Notes: generated by a model not told the origin, from the letters alone. A stretch of DNA of 64,000 bases from an uncultured candidate division Zixibacteria bacterium (GCA_963668625.2 CAXXKA010000001.1:352001-416000); one strand, 5' to 3'. Counted from the stretch's first letter, positions 19,460 to 29,713 are shown. Program-made: numbers and translations.

Positions 19460-20986
19460 ATGGCTAGAATAGTCGAATGTGTACCGAATTTTTCCGAGGG
19501 CCGTCGCCCCGAGGTTATAGGTGAGATAGTAAGAACTATAGAGGCTGTAGAGGGCACCACGATGCTTGGTGCGGAGATGGATAAAGATCATAACCGCGCG
19601 GTGGTAACTTTCGTGGGCGAGCCGGAGGTGGTCGAGGAGGCCGCTTTCCAGGCTATACAGAAAGCTTCCGAATTGATAGATTTGGAGAAACATTCAGGCG
19701 AGCATCCGAGAATGGGCGCTACCGATGTTTGCCCGTTTATTCCGGTTTCCGGCGTGACTATGAAGACCTGTATCGGTATCGCTAAAAGACTTGGCGAACG
19801 TGTCGGTAAAGAACTGGAAATTCCGGTTTATCTATACGAGGAAGCCGCCACCCGTCCCGATCGCCAGAATTTGGCTGTAGTTCGTAAAGGTGAGTATGAG
19901 GCTATCCGAGATGAGATAGCTACCAATCCTGTGCGTAAACCCGATTTCGGCCCGCTGAAAACTCATCCTCGGGCCGGGGCAATGGCTATCGGCGCCAGGC
20001 CGTTTTTAATAGCGTTTAATGTCTATCTCAATACGGAAAATGTCGATATCGCCAAGAAAATCGCCAATGCCGTAAGGTTCCAGACAGGCGGGTTCCGCTA
20101 TGTTAAAGCGATGGGATTCGCGATCACCGAACGCCATCAGACGCAGATTTCGATGAATCTGGTCAACTATCAGGGGACGCCCATTCACCGGGTATACGAG
20201 GCGATCAAATCGGAGGCCGCCCGCTATGGGCTGATGCCTGCCAGCTCGGAGATAGTCGGGCTTACGCCGATGGAGGCGATAATGCAGGTGGCTGACCACT
20301 ACCTCGGATTCGAGAATTTCACCATGGATCAGGTTCTCGAGTCCAAGTTGAAATCGCCGGCGCTGGCGGCTAAAACGCTCATGAAAGAGTTTATCGAGCA
20401 GGTGCAATCCAAAGAGCCGACTCCCGGTGGCGGTTCGGTATCCGCATTAGGAGGCGCAATGGGCGCTGCGTTGGGTGAGATGGTATGCCGGTTGACGATT
20501 ATCAAAAAGAAATATGCCTCCGTAAAGCCGGAATTCCAGGACATTCGCGCGAAACTTGACCTGCTTAGAAACGAGTTAACATACTTAATCGAGAAGGATG
20601 CCCAGAGTTTCGATGGCGTGATGAACGCCATGAAAATGCCGAAAGGTACCGATACGGAAAAGAGTAATCGCAACGAGGCCATACAGGAGGCCACGAAAAT
20701 AGCGACTAATGTACCGCTTGAGGTAATGGCAAAAACGCTCGAGGTGATGGAACTTTTACCGCCCGTAGCAGAAAAAGGTAATGTAAACTCTGTTTCCGAT
20801 GCCGGAGTTGCCAACCTTATGGCTAAAGCCGCGATAGAGGGAGCCGCTTTAAACGTGCGGATTAACCTGCCGGGTATCGAGGATAAGGATTACGCGGGCA
20901 AACTCAAATCCAGTATGGAGGATATATTGAAACGCGGCACCGAGCTTTATGAAAAGACTAAAGCTATAGTGGATGGAAAGCTTTAA
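19460..20986 (+). CDS. ftcd: Bifunctional glutamate formiminotransferase / formiminotetrahydrofolate cyclodeaminase
   Basis: ECVPNFSEGR, HPRMGATDVCPF (FT domain) and EPTPGGGSVSA, GNVNSVSDA (cyclodeaminase). Confidence 0.9.
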   Translation: MARIVECVPNFSEGRRPEVIGEIVRTIEAVEGTTMLGAEMDKDHNRAVVTFVGEPEVVEEAAFQAIQKASELIDLEKHSGEHPRMGATDVCPFIPVSGVTMKTCIGIAKRLGERVGKELEIPVYLYEEAATRPDRQNLAVVRKGEYEAIRDEIATNPVRKPDFGPLKTHPRAGAMAIGARPFLIAFNVYLNTENVDIAKKIANAVRFQTGGFRYVKAMGFAITERHQTQISMNLVNYQGTPIHRVYEAIKSEAARYGLMPASSEIVGLTPMEAIMQVADHYLGFENFTMDQVLESKLKSPALAAKTLMKEFIEQVQSKEPTPGGGSVSALGGAMGAALGEMVCRLTIIKKKYASVKPEFQDIRAKLDLLRNELTYLIEKDAQSFDGVMNAMKMPKGTDTEKSNRNEAIQEATKIATNVPLEVMAKTLEVMELLPPVAEKGNVNSVSDAGVANLMAKAAIEGAALNVRINLPGIEDKDYAGKLKSSMEDILKRGTELYEKTKAIVDGKL

Positions 20987-21810
20987 TGCCCAGAAACTAT
21001 ATAGATTTACATATACACACGAACGCCTCGGATGGTCTTCTAACGCCATTCGAGGTTGTTGATATAGCGGTTGAGAAAGAACTTAGAGCGATAGCTATAA
21101 CAGATCACGATACTACCGATGGTTTGGTGAAAGTCCTCGATTACGCCCTTGATAAAGGCCTTACCCTGATTCCCGGTGTGGAATTATCCTGCATTTACAT
21201 GGATAGCGATGTGCATATACTGGGGTATTTTATTAACTATGAGGATGAATCGTTCGTAAAAATAATAAAGAAGTTCCGAACGGAGAGATACAAACGTGGC
21301 GAAGCTATAGTGGCTAAATTGAATGAACTGGGTATAAATCTCAGCATGGAGACAGTCAGGGATATTGCCGGTAAGGCATCGGTAGGTCGTCCTCATGTAG
21401 CCGAGGCCCTGCTGAAAGAGGAGTACGTACGTACATTCGATGAGGCTTTCGCTCGCTTTTTAGGTTATCATGCCTCTGCTTATGTACCTAAAAGTCATTT
21501 CGATGTCGATCACGCCATCGATTTACTGCATCGCGTGGGCGGGCTGGCCGTACTGGCTCATCCCGGCACGCTAAAACATGATGAATACATACCGGATTTT
21601 GTCGAGATGGGATTGGATGGAGTCGAAGCGCATCATCAGAAACATAACCGCAACGCAGTCGCTCACTATAAAAATATTGCAAAAAAGTACGATTTATTTT
21701 ATAGCGGCGGCTCGGACTGTCACGGGCCGAGAAAAGGCAAAATATTAATAGGAACGGTAAAAGTACCGTATCTGTGTTATGAAAGAATGAAAGAGGCGGT
21801 AGAGAGATGA
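20986..21810 (+). CDS. PHP-domain metallophosphoesterase (TrpH/YciV-like)
   Basis: DLHIHTNASDG, ITDHD, GVELS, GRPH, AHP, GGSDCHG. Confidence 0.88.
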   Translation: MPRNYIDLHIHTNASDGLLTPFEVVDIAVEKELRAIAITDHDTTDGLVKVLDYALDKGLTLIPGVELSCIYMDSDVHILGYFINYEDESFVKIIKKFRTERYKRGEAIVAKLNELGINLSMETVRDIAGKASVGRPHVAEALLKEEYVRTFDEAFARFLGYHASAYVPKSHFDVDHAIDLLHRVGGLAVLAHPGTLKHDEYIPDFVEMGLDGVEAHHQKHNRNAVAHYKNIAKKYDLFYSGGSDCHGPRKGKILIGTVKVPYLCYERMKEAVER

Positions 21811-23981
21811 TAAAATTCAAGCCATTTATCTTATTCTCATTATTGTTGATAATCGTATTATCAAATAGTGTTTATGGTGAAAGTTTCTCAGAAACCGAGA
21901 AACAACTGGCGGTCAACGTGCTTTCGGCTATCAAAGGGCTCGATTATGACCAGGCCCTGATAAGCAGCCAATTGGGCGACAGACCCGGCAAAAGCGCAAC
22001 CCGGTATGTCTGGGCGCTTCTCGATATGAAAGATGAGATCGACCCGACGTTGTATAAGGAGATACTTGCCCGTCCCGATATGCAGAAATTCTACGACACC
22101 GAGCATTTTCGTATTCATTATGATACCAGTGGCGCATTGGCGGTTTCGCCCATTGATGATATACTCGTAGAGGGATTGCCCGATTATGTCGATAGTGTCG
22201 CCCTGATATTCGAGCGAGTCTGGGCTTATGAGATAGATACGCTTGGTTATTCAGATATATTGGATGGTGGCGAACCAACCTCGGATGGCGGTAGCGGCGG
22301 TAATAGCAAATATGATATTTATATAACGAATGTCGGTGAGCTTTATTATTATGGAATAACTTATTTCGATGGCATAAACGGTCAGCAATCCAATCCGAGC
22401 TATATAGAAATTGATAATAATTATACCGATGCCGTCTTCCAGGCGCTCGGTTACGGTGATCATCCCCTGGATGCGTTGAAGGTTACCGCGGCTCACGAAT
22501 TTTTCCATGCCCTGCATTATTCGTTAGATAGCTATGAAACCGATCAAGGCAGAGCCTGGTGGCAGGAGGTCTCGGCGGTATGGATGGAGGATAAGGTGTT
22601 CGATGAGGTAAATGACTACCTTACCTTTATTCACTATTATTACGATTTCCCGTATATAAGTTTAATGGAATATGCCATAAGCGGCCCCAACGAACGAGTA
22701 ATGCATCCTTACGCGGCGTGCGTATGGGCTAAATTTATCGATGAGCGATATGGCGAGGACATCGTAAAAGATATCTGGAGTGTATGCGCCGAAACATTCG
22801 GTTACAATACAATGGCAGCTCATGAAGCGGTATTTCAGTATCCCGCTTACGGAACGACATTCGAGGAAGCCTGGCAGGAATTCTTGGTCTGGAATTACTA
22901 CACCGGCCCGCGAGCCGATTCTACGGTCTCGTTCTCCGAGGCCCACCTCTGGTCTGATACCCTCCGGCCCATACTGGTCGATTCCAGTTTCTGGGGATTT
23001 ACCGATTCTATCTCATATGATTTAAACGGTAACAACGCTCTTCCCGAACCGCTTGGCGCGAATTATATCTATATCGACAAAAGCTTCAGTTTCGCCCGAG
23101 GTGGAGTGGAAGTCACGTTCCAGGGGGAAGCTCCTGATGATCCGCGTAATCAGTGGCGAGGCCAGATTTTAGGTTATGATAGTATAAACGATAGGGTGGA
23201 GCCGCTACCGATCAGCCAGAGTACGCATTACGGCGAGACCATTTTCCGTTCCTGGGATCAGTACGCATATCTTATCCTTATTCCGAACATTTACGGCCTT
23301 GAATACGGCGAGGAGGGCAAAAGCTATTCCTTCACCGCAAGATACAGCCCCTCATATAACGACAGCGTGCCGGTATTCAATTCTATCGAAACCGATGGAT
23401 ACGTGCAGGCCGGCGACTGCCTGGAGTTTTATTTATCGGGATACGATCCTTTCGGTCAGCCGTTGACATTCAGATCCAGCCCGCCTGCCGACAGTGTCGA
23501 TGGCTTGACAATCGAGGCGGTTGATGATACCTCGGCGATGGTGACATATTGCCCCAGTTATTCTCTGGTCGATAGCGTTGTTTCGGTATTTTTCTATGTT
23601 GATGATCCAGACTCCAATTACGCCGTAACCTATATCGATTTCAACGTAACGTTTTTTAGTGCTACGGAGGATGATCCGCCCGTATCGATAGTCGGCTATC
23701 CGAATCCTTTCTTCTACGGCGCCGATGACCGAGTCAATTTCAGGGTGCTGATTCCGGATTCGATGTCTGCCTCGAATACTAAATTGTACGTATTTACGGT
23801 TGCCGGTGATCTGGTGTTGGAGAAAACCCCCGATACCGCCGACTGGAGCGAGATCGGCGAGAACACTATATTCTGGGATGGTAAAAACACCAACGGCCAC
23901 GAACTGGCTGCCGGGATATATTTAGTTAAGCTACGTGTCGGTGATGAGTCGGCTGATACTAAAATCGCGATTATAAGATAA
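21807..23981 (+). CDS. Secreted zinc metalloprotease (MXAN_6640-like) with FlgD-Ig/T9SS-type C-terminal domain
   Basis: AAHEFFHAL (HExxH), WWQE..AVWMED; C-terminal YPNPF...WDGKN..G..LAAGIY...KIAIIR. Confidence 0.75.
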   Translation: MIKFKPFILFSLLLIIVLSNSVYGESFSETEKQLAVNVLSAIKGLDYDQALISSQLGDRPGKSATRYVWALLDMKDEIDPTLYKEILARPDMQKFYDTEHFRIHYDTSGALAVSPIDDILVEGLPDYVDSVALIFERVWAYEIDTLGYSDILDGGEPTSDGGSGGNSKYDIYITNVGELYYYGITYFDGINGQQSNPSYIEIDNNYTDAVFQALGYGDHPLDALKVTAAHEFFHALHYSLDSYETDQGRAWWQEVSAVWMEDKVFDEVNDYLTFIHYYYDFPYISLMEYAISGPNERVMHPYAACVWAKFIDERYGEDIVKDIWSVCAETFGYNTMAAHEAVFQYPAYGTTFEEAWQEFLVWNYYTGPRADSTVSFSEAHLWSDTLRPILVDSSFWGFTDSISYDLNGNNALPEPLGANYIYIDKSFSFARGGVEVTFQGEAPDDPRNQWRGQILGYDSINDRVEPLPISQSTHYGETIFRSWDQYAYLILIPNIYGLEYGEEGKSYSFTARYSPSYNDSVPVFNSIETDGYVQAGDCLEFYLSGYDPFGQPLTFRSSPPADSVDGLTIEAVDDTSAMVTYCPSYSLVDSVVSVFFYVDDPDSNYAVTYIDFNVTFFSATEDDPPVSIVGYPNPFFYGADDRVNFRVLIPDSMSASNTKLYVFTVAGDLVLEKTPDTADWSEIGENTIFWDGKNTNGHELAAGIYLVKLRVGDESADTKIAIIR

Positions 23982-23982
23982 A

Positions 23983-24522
23983 TTGGATATACGTCTGAAA
24001 AAAACGGCGGCGGCAGGATTATTCGCCGCACTGGCTTTAGCTTTGAATTATCCGCTTTTAGGCGTTCCTAATATCGAGCTAATCAGTTTGATATTGTTCA
24101 TAGCCGGTATGTTTTTAGGTTATAGGGGCGGAACCATTACGGCTATAGTCACCGGTTTGATATTCATATTTTTCAATCCTAACGGCCCACCCTCGATTTT
24201 ATTACTGGTTTTAGCGCAGATGACGGGTTTTATCGCTATGGGATTGGCCGGAGCTATTTTCGGCAAAAGCATATTGAAAAATAAAAATCGCGTAGTTGGT
24301 ATGACATTCTGCGCGGCGATCGGTATCGTATTCACATTCGTTTACGATGGATTAACTAACATGGCGATTGCCTCGGGATTCGGACCTTTCTGGCCGACAA
24401 TGATAAGCGGTATCGCGTTTTCTCTGTGGCATATCGTGGCGAACGGAATAATATTCGGATTCGCCGAACCGATGATAGTGAAATTATGGCAAATTGTTGG
24501 ACCGCGATTAAATCAAGCATAA
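23983..24522 (+). CDS. ECF transporter S-component-like membrane protein
   Basis: ~180 aa, 5-6 TM, AxxxA-like first helix, PNIE loop, conserved His (WHIVAN). Confidence 0.65.
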   Translation: MDIRLKKTAAAGLFAALALALNYPLLGVPNIELISLILFIAGMFLGYRGGTITAIVTGLIFIFFNPNGPPSILLLVLAQMTGFIAMGLAGAIFGKSILKNKNRVVGMTFCAAIGIVFTFVYDGLTNMAIASGFGPFWPTMISGIAFSLWHIVANGIIFGFAEPMIVKLWQIVGPRLNQA

Positions 24523-26507
24523 TACTAATGATTCTCCTGGTCGGTTTGATCCGGGGAGACGTAGTGTACGAAACCGAAGATGAACCGGTAGACAGTGTCG
24601 GCACGGACTCGCTTCTGGTTATCGATGATATCGATACTGAAAACGACATAGATGAGGTAAAAAGTATCCCGACAAATACAGGTGTCGATAGCTCGTTTAT
24701 CGGCCCGCTCGATCCCTCGCTATTCAAACCGATTATCAATCTTCCGCCACCAAAACCATTCGATCCATATTACAAAACTTATCTTACCCAGAAAGGGCTG
24801 GGCGATATTCTCAGATACAAAACCGGGGTGTTCGCACTCCAGCATGGTGCGGTGGGGCAACCGGAGATGCTAACGAAATCACTGATGTTGCCGGGCGCAC
24901 AGGCGATTTACAACGGTGTGCCGGTATTTCATCAAGGTATATATTTCCCATTTAGAAGCGGCGCGGACCTGAACGCCTTGATGTCCGATAATGTCTCCGA
25001 AATTGAGATTGCACCGCTATCGTATCTCGACCTGTTCTCCGAGGGACAGGTGATTTCGCTCAATTCCACTGTCTGGCCGTCTGATAATAATCCCTCTAGC
25101 CTGACTCATGCCCGGGGATCATACGATTACGAACGCACTACCTGGCGATTCAGTCGCAAACAGGGGCAGAGTTTCGGAATCTCTTTCACTGCCGCGTTCA
25201 AACAATACATCGGCTACTATCAATCGGGTGGGGACTATGATGATTTTCGTATCTCCGGTACGGCAGTTTGGCGGCCATCAAGCAATATAGAGTTACGCTA
25301 TGGATTCTATCAATATAAAGCTAAAATGGGTTTGATCCAGTTCGACAGGTTGCTAACGCCTACGAGAAGAACGCATAACGATCTTACTCATCACACCATC
25401 ACGGCATTATACCAGTACTCGAACTCGCTGTTTCTGATCTGGGATAGTTATTATCAACATAATTACAACCGTGTTTTCGATAAGACATACGATGTATCTT
25501 ATCGTGTTCGCGATGGTATAATCGGAACAATGGTCGGCGCGGAATTAACCGGAGAACGCAACAAATTGAGTGTTAAAGCCGGCCTGCAAAGCCAGAAGTT
25601 GAAAGATATTTCCTCATACGAGCCTACCTCGGCCTCGTTCGGGTTCCTGGTAAACGATTCTCTTGCCATAACCGAAAAGCAGAGTTTCATTGCCTCCGGT
25701 CGTATAAAAAATAACAATAAGTCTGATCTCGATTTTTCGGGAACGGCCCGTTACCGGATTTATAATATCACGCTATCGGGAGGGTTTCACGGTTCCCAGC
25801 CCGATCTTTACGCCATGTACTATGCTCCGCCCGCTCTCGAATTTACCAACGAGACATATATCAACTCCTACACGTATTATCCCGATCCCGATATCGAAGC
25901 TAAACGAACTACTTTCGGCGCCGCTTCGATCGATTTGAAAATACTTTCGGATTTAAGCGCGAATCTCGGCGTATCTTATGAAAATGTCAGTAACGATTTA
26001 ACGCCGGTAACTTATGCGGTCGATTCGGTTTATTTCTACTCGACTCAGAGAAATATCGATTATGACCGGCTCACCCTGACTGCCGATCTTAGTTATGGTC
26101 TAACGAGATTTTTCACCGGTTCTACAGGGGTAACCTATTTTAGCTATGATCCCACCGAGATATTTCCCGGGTTGGAATTTTCTCCCTCGTTGTTGGCTTA
26201 TTCCCGGGGCCAGTTATTGATTCCTGAGGTACTTCGCGATATCGATATATCGGGCGCGTTCCAGGTAAGATACTATTCAGAGCGTAATTACTCTGGCTTT
26301 ATAGATGATGTATTCGGGTTGATATCGTATGGAGACGCTATCGTAGTCGATGGTTCATTAGCGCTGCGATTCAGCTCGTTCGAGTTCAGGATATCAGAGG
26401 ATAATATAGCCGATTTCTTCGTTGATAATAAGTACAACCTGTGGGGCGAATACTCGATGCCGCCGGCGGTTGTCTGGTGGCAGATTATCTGGAATTTTGA
26501 CAACTAA
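24486..26507 (+). CDS. Outer-membrane beta-barrel, TonB-dependent-receptor-like
   Basis: Plug-like N-terminal part (DILRY.TGV, IYNGVPV, IEI), amphipathic strands, C-terminal WQIIWNFDN; start codon uncertain. Confidence 0.55.
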   Translation: MANCWTAIKSSIILMILLVGLIRGDVVYETEDEPVDSVGTDSLLVIDDIDTENDIDEVKSIPTNTGVDSSFIGPLDPSLFKPIINLPPPKPFDPYYKTYLTQKGLGDILRYKTGVFALQHGAVGQPEMLTKSLMLPGAQAIYNGVPVFHQGIYFPFRSGADLNALMSDNVSEIEIAPLSYLDLFSEGQVISLNSTVWPSDNNPSSLTHARGSYDYERTTWRFSRKQGQSFGISFTAAFKQYIGYYQSGGDYDDFRISGTAVWRPSSNIELRYGFYQYKAKMGLIQFDRLLTPTRRTHNDLTHHTITALYQYSNSLFLIWDSYYQHNYNRVFDKTYDVSYRVRDGIIGTMVGAELTGERNKLSVKAGLQSQKLKDISSYEPTSASFGFLVNDSLAITEKQSFIASGRIKNNNKSDLDFSGTARYRIYNITLSGGFHGSQPDLYAMYYAPPALEFTNETYINSYTYYPDPDIEAKRTTFGAASIDLKILSDLSANLGVSYENVSNDLTPVTYAVDSVYFYSTQRNIDYDRLTLTADLSYGLTRFFTGSTGVTYFSYDPTEIFPGLEFSPSLLAYSRGQLLIPEVLRDIDISGAFQVRYYSERNYSGFIDDVFGLISYGDAIVVDGSLALRFSSFEFRISEDNIADFFVDNKYNLWGEYSMPPAVVWWQIIWNFDN

Positions 26508-26923
26508 TCCCAATTGATAACCAGGTTTTTACCTTTCTGATAAACAACCTCGAATTTATCCAGCGCTCCTCTACGGCCCAGTGTCGGTGGTACATTGTCG
26601 GAGTTCGAGATCGCAAAATCGGTACGAAATTTCTTATTGCCCAATTTCACGCTGAGTTTGTGTATATACATATGGTCGATACTGTCCGGGGTCAGGCCGC
26701 TTACCTTATAGCGAAGGCCGTTTTTGAAATCTCCTATAAGCAACAAACCCAGGCTTTTAGGCAGAACCGAGATATCTGCTCCGGTATCGGCAAGAATATT
26801 CTCGATTTTCACCCAACATCTCATCTGTTTGGAGTAAAACGATAAATCGAGTTTCGGCCGCCTGACAGTTTTAAACACCGTCGATTCCTCATCCACATAA
26901 GGGATAACTACGCTATTTGACAA
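26504..26923 (-). CDS. Retropepsin-like (clan AA) aspartyl protease
   Basis: LADTGADISVLP and PTLGR motifs; 139 aa single lobe. Confidence 0.75.
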   Translation of the reverse strand: MSNSVVIPYVDEESTVFKTVRRPKLDLSFYSKQMRCWVKIENILADTGADISVLPKSLGLLLIGDFKNGLRYKVSGLTPDSIDHMYIHKLSVKLGNKKFRTDFAISNSDNVPPTLGRRGALDKFEVVYQKGKNLVINWD

Positions 26924-27101
26924 ACTCGGGCTCCTTTAGTTCTTTCCAGATGATCGATAATTCGCGGTTCTTATATGATTGCTGCAGCTCAGGAAATACC
27001 TCGTGAACGTTTTCGCCTTCCCACAGCACCTCATCCTTGATTTTAACCGAGTATACTATTTTTCCCTGATTTTTTAAAATCAGAGTTCTCTTAGAAGTCA
27101 T
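26913..27101 (-). CDS. Small protein (DUF5678-like) overlapping the aspartyl protease gene
   Basis: 62 aa, 11-nt overlap with the protease start, G-rich SD-like sequence upstream. Confidence 0.55.
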   Translation of the reverse strand: MTSKRTLILKNQGKIVYSVKIKDEVLWEGENVHEVFPELQQSYKNRELSIIWKELKEPEFVK

Positions 27102-27264
27102 ATGCGCCCCCGCTTCATGTTATTTGTTTCGAATATCGGAAATTGTACTAACTATAATCATAAATATTATTATGATGTTGCAGTAGTTTGTTGCTTATTG
27201 TCCTCGCTGAATATATATAATGTCTCAGGAGCGAGGCTTAAATAGTCTAACTTGGCTATTAATT

Positions 27265-27308
27265 GTCCGGGATTGGCGGAAACCGAAAGCCGTTCTACCG
27301 GACTTTTT
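27265..27308 (+). terminator. Hairpin plus T5 in the leader of the MFS gene (possible attenuator)
   Basis: gtccgg...ccggac closing stem with inner ggc/gcc pairing, followed by ttttt, 44 nt before ATG 27353. Confidence 0.4.
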
Positions 27309-27352
27309 GCCTGTTGGATAACGATTGGTAACCAGAGAAAAAGCGAATAATC

Positions 27353-28591
27353 ATGCCGATTTCCGTGAATAAAAAATCATTCAGTTGGGCGCTTTACGAT
27401 TTCGCCAATACTATGTTCTCGATGAATATCGTCTCGCGTTATTTCCCGGTGATGGTGGTGACAATGCTCGGCGGAAGCGATCTCGCTATCGGTGTTTCAA
27501 GGTCGGCGGCGATGGTGTTGGTGGCCCTGACAGTGCCTTTGTTGGGGGCGATTGCCGACCAGCGCAAAAAACGGCGCCTGTTCTTGATCATATTTACGAT
27601 TCTCTGCTGTGTTTTAACCGCCTTGCTCAATTTAAGCGGTAATTTGGTTATCGAACTGATACTATTCGGGCTGGCCATTTACTGTTTCCAATCGGCGCTT
27701 ACGTTTTATAACGCCCTTCTAACCTCGGTTACCACCCACGATAAGCTGGGATTCATATCCGGATTCGGTGTTTCGCTGGGCTATATCGGCAGTGTCACCG
27801 GGCTGTTTGCGGTTTCGATTCTGGCCGGAAAAGTTCTTACTCCATATCTCTGGACCGCGATATTATTTTTCTTGTTCTCGCTGCCGATGTTTTTCTGGGT
27901 CAAAGATATAGGGGAGAAGCCTGAAACAAAGATCGAACAACCGGCTATATATAATAAGGGCTTACTGGTTTCCCTCAAAAGAGCCTCGAAAATCCCCGGA
28001 CTTCTGAGATTTCTGATCGGCCGGTTTTGTATCGTAGAGGCGATGGAGACAGTGATACTGTTCATGTCGGTTTATCTGGTAAAAGCCGCCGGCTTTCAGG
28101 ACAATTCTACCACTACCGGTGGCCTGGATGAGGTTACCCTGTATTTAATCACGATCACGTTTTTCACTGTCATAGGCTCGTATGTCTGGGGTATGATGAC
28201 GAACAGGTTCGGCCCCAGGAATATGCTTCTATGGGCAATCGTACTCTGGCTGATTGCCTTGACCGGAATCGTTTTTTCTGATGATCGAATGCTGTTTTAT
28301 CTCTGGGGAGGTTTAGCCGGTGTTGGATTGGGGGGAGTCTGGACGGCGGATAGGCCGCTACTGATAAACCTTCTCAATGATGATTCCCGTCTGGGTGAAT
28401 TTTTCGGCCTGTATGCCCTTTCGGGAAGGCTGGCGGCGGTAATAGGGCCGCTGATATGGGGAACGATTATTTATTTTACCGGGTCGATGGGGAATATCAG
28501 CTATAAGTTCGCCATCGAGTCATTATTTATCATGATGGTAGTTGGTATGATAATTTTATGGAGGGTGCCGGATGCCAGGCACGTATCATGA
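27353..28591 (+). CDS. MFS transporter, UMF1/Atg22-like
   Basis: SWALYDFANT, PLLGAIAD, FYNALL, GEFFGLY; about 12 TM. Confidence 0.85.
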   Translation: MPISVNKKSFSWALYDFANTMFSMNIVSRYFPVMVVTMLGGSDLAIGVSRSAAMVLVALTVPLLGAIADQRKKRRLFLIIFTILCCVLTALLNLSGNLVIELILFGLAIYCFQSALTFYNALLTSVTTHDKLGFISGFGVSLGYIGSVTGLFAVSILAGKVLTPYLWTAILFFLFSLPMFFWVKDIGEKPETKIEQPAIYNKGLLVSLKRASKIPGLLRFLIGRFCIVEAMETVILFMSVYLVKAAGFQDNSTTTGGLDEVTLYLITITFFTVIGSYVWGMMTNRFGPRNMLLWAIVLWLIALTGIVFSDDRMLFYLWGGLAGVGLGGVWTADRPLLINLLNDDSRLGEFFGLYALSGRLAAVIGPLIWGTIIYFTGSMGNISYKFAIESLFIMMVVGMIILWRVPDARHVS

Positions 28592-29627
28592 GCTTATAGG
28601 CGCTATTCATATTCACAGCAAATACTCAGATGGCACGCTGGCAATCCCCGAGATTGCCGCGATCGCCAATGAGGTCGGCCTCGATTTCATCATGGTTTCC
28701 GACCATATGACTCTTGAACCCCTTCACCAGGGGCTTGAGGGTTTTTACGGCAAAACCGCGGTTTTAATCGGCTATGAGATAAACGACAGTAATGACAAAA
28801 ACCATTACCTGGCTTTCGATATAGATAAAACATTCGAACCCGGGTTATCGGCGCGGGAATATGTAAGCAAGGTAAAAGAGCACGATGGCCTGGGTATAAT
28901 TGCTCATCCCGATGAGGTGCGAACCGAGCTCGCCAGGTACCCCGGTTATCCCTGGACGGACTGGAGTGTGGAGGGGTATGACGGGATAGAGATATGGAAT
29001 CATATGTCCCAATGGATGGAGACGCTCTCGCACTGGAACGCCTTGAAACATCTGTTTAGCCCCCGCCGGGCTTTGAAAGGCCCTACCGATAGGATACTTC
29101 GGAGGTGGGATGAGGTAAATATGCGCCGTAGAGTTGTCGGCGTAGGTTCCATTGATGTTCATGCCTATCCTTATAGAATGGGGCCGTTGCGTATAACTAT
29201 ATTTCCATATAAGGTACAGTTTAAGTCGATCAGGACTCATATACTGATTCCCGAACCGGCGCCGGATGATTTCGGTGAATTGAAAAAAAACATATACCGG
29301 GCTTTGCGTGATTGCCGCGTTTTTATCTCGAATTACCGGTGGGGGGATGCCTCTGGCTTTAGGTTTACAGCCTCAAATAAAAACGAAAATACCTCGATAG
29401 GGGGCGAGCTGACTCTGGAGGATAGTACCGAGGTAAATATTGCTTTACCCTCCGAGGCGAGAGTTAAGCTAATATGTAATAATCAGCAGATTTTCGATGA
29501 GTTCGGTAGGGCTTTCGATATCAATATTTCAAAGGCCGGTCTTTATCGGGTAGAGGTATATGTAAATGAAAGAGGTTGGATTTATTCTAATCATATAAGA
29601 ATCAAACAAAAAGAGGGTGAAACGTAG
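28572..29627 (+). CDS. PHP-family (CehA/McbA-like) metallohydrolase
   Basis: HIHSKYSDG, SDH, AHP, GIEIWN, DVH. Confidence 0.75.
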   Translation: MPGTYHELIGAIHIHSKYSDGTLAIPEIAAIANEVGLDFIMVSDHMTLEPLHQGLEGFYGKTAVLIGYEINDSNDKNHYLAFDIDKTFEPGLSAREYVSKVKEHDGLGIIAHPDEVRTELARYPGYPWTDWSVEGYDGIEIWNHMSQWMETLSHWNALKHLFSPRRALKGPTDRILRRWDEVNMRRRVVGVGSIDVHAYPYRMGPLRITIFPYKVQFKSIRTHILIPEPAPDDFGELKKNIYRALRDCRVFISNYRWGDASGFRFTASNKNENTSIGGELTLEDSTEVNIALPSEARVKLICNNQQIFDEFGRAFDINISKAGLYRVEVYVNERGWIYSNHIRIKQKEGET

Positions 29628-29679
29628 CTTAGGTAGAGGGGGGCTGGAACTACCTAAGCGAGGTGGTTTCACCCTGCAA
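29603..29679 (-). ncRNA. Candidate ~75-nt small RNA (long hairpin with C-rich loop)
   Basis: Two nested perfect 10-bp stems (29614-23 with 29666-75; 29627-36 with 29650-59), loop UUCCAGCCCCCCU, U-rich tail, near-consensus promoter immediately upstream. Confidence 0.55.
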
Positions 29680-29684
29680 TACTA

Positions 29685-29713
29685 ATAATAAAAATCAGCC
29701 AAAAATTTGTCAA
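29685..29713 (-). promoter_or_regulatory. Sigma70 promoter for the candidate sRNA
   Basis: Minus strand TTGACA-17 bp-TATTAT. Confidence 0.6.
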
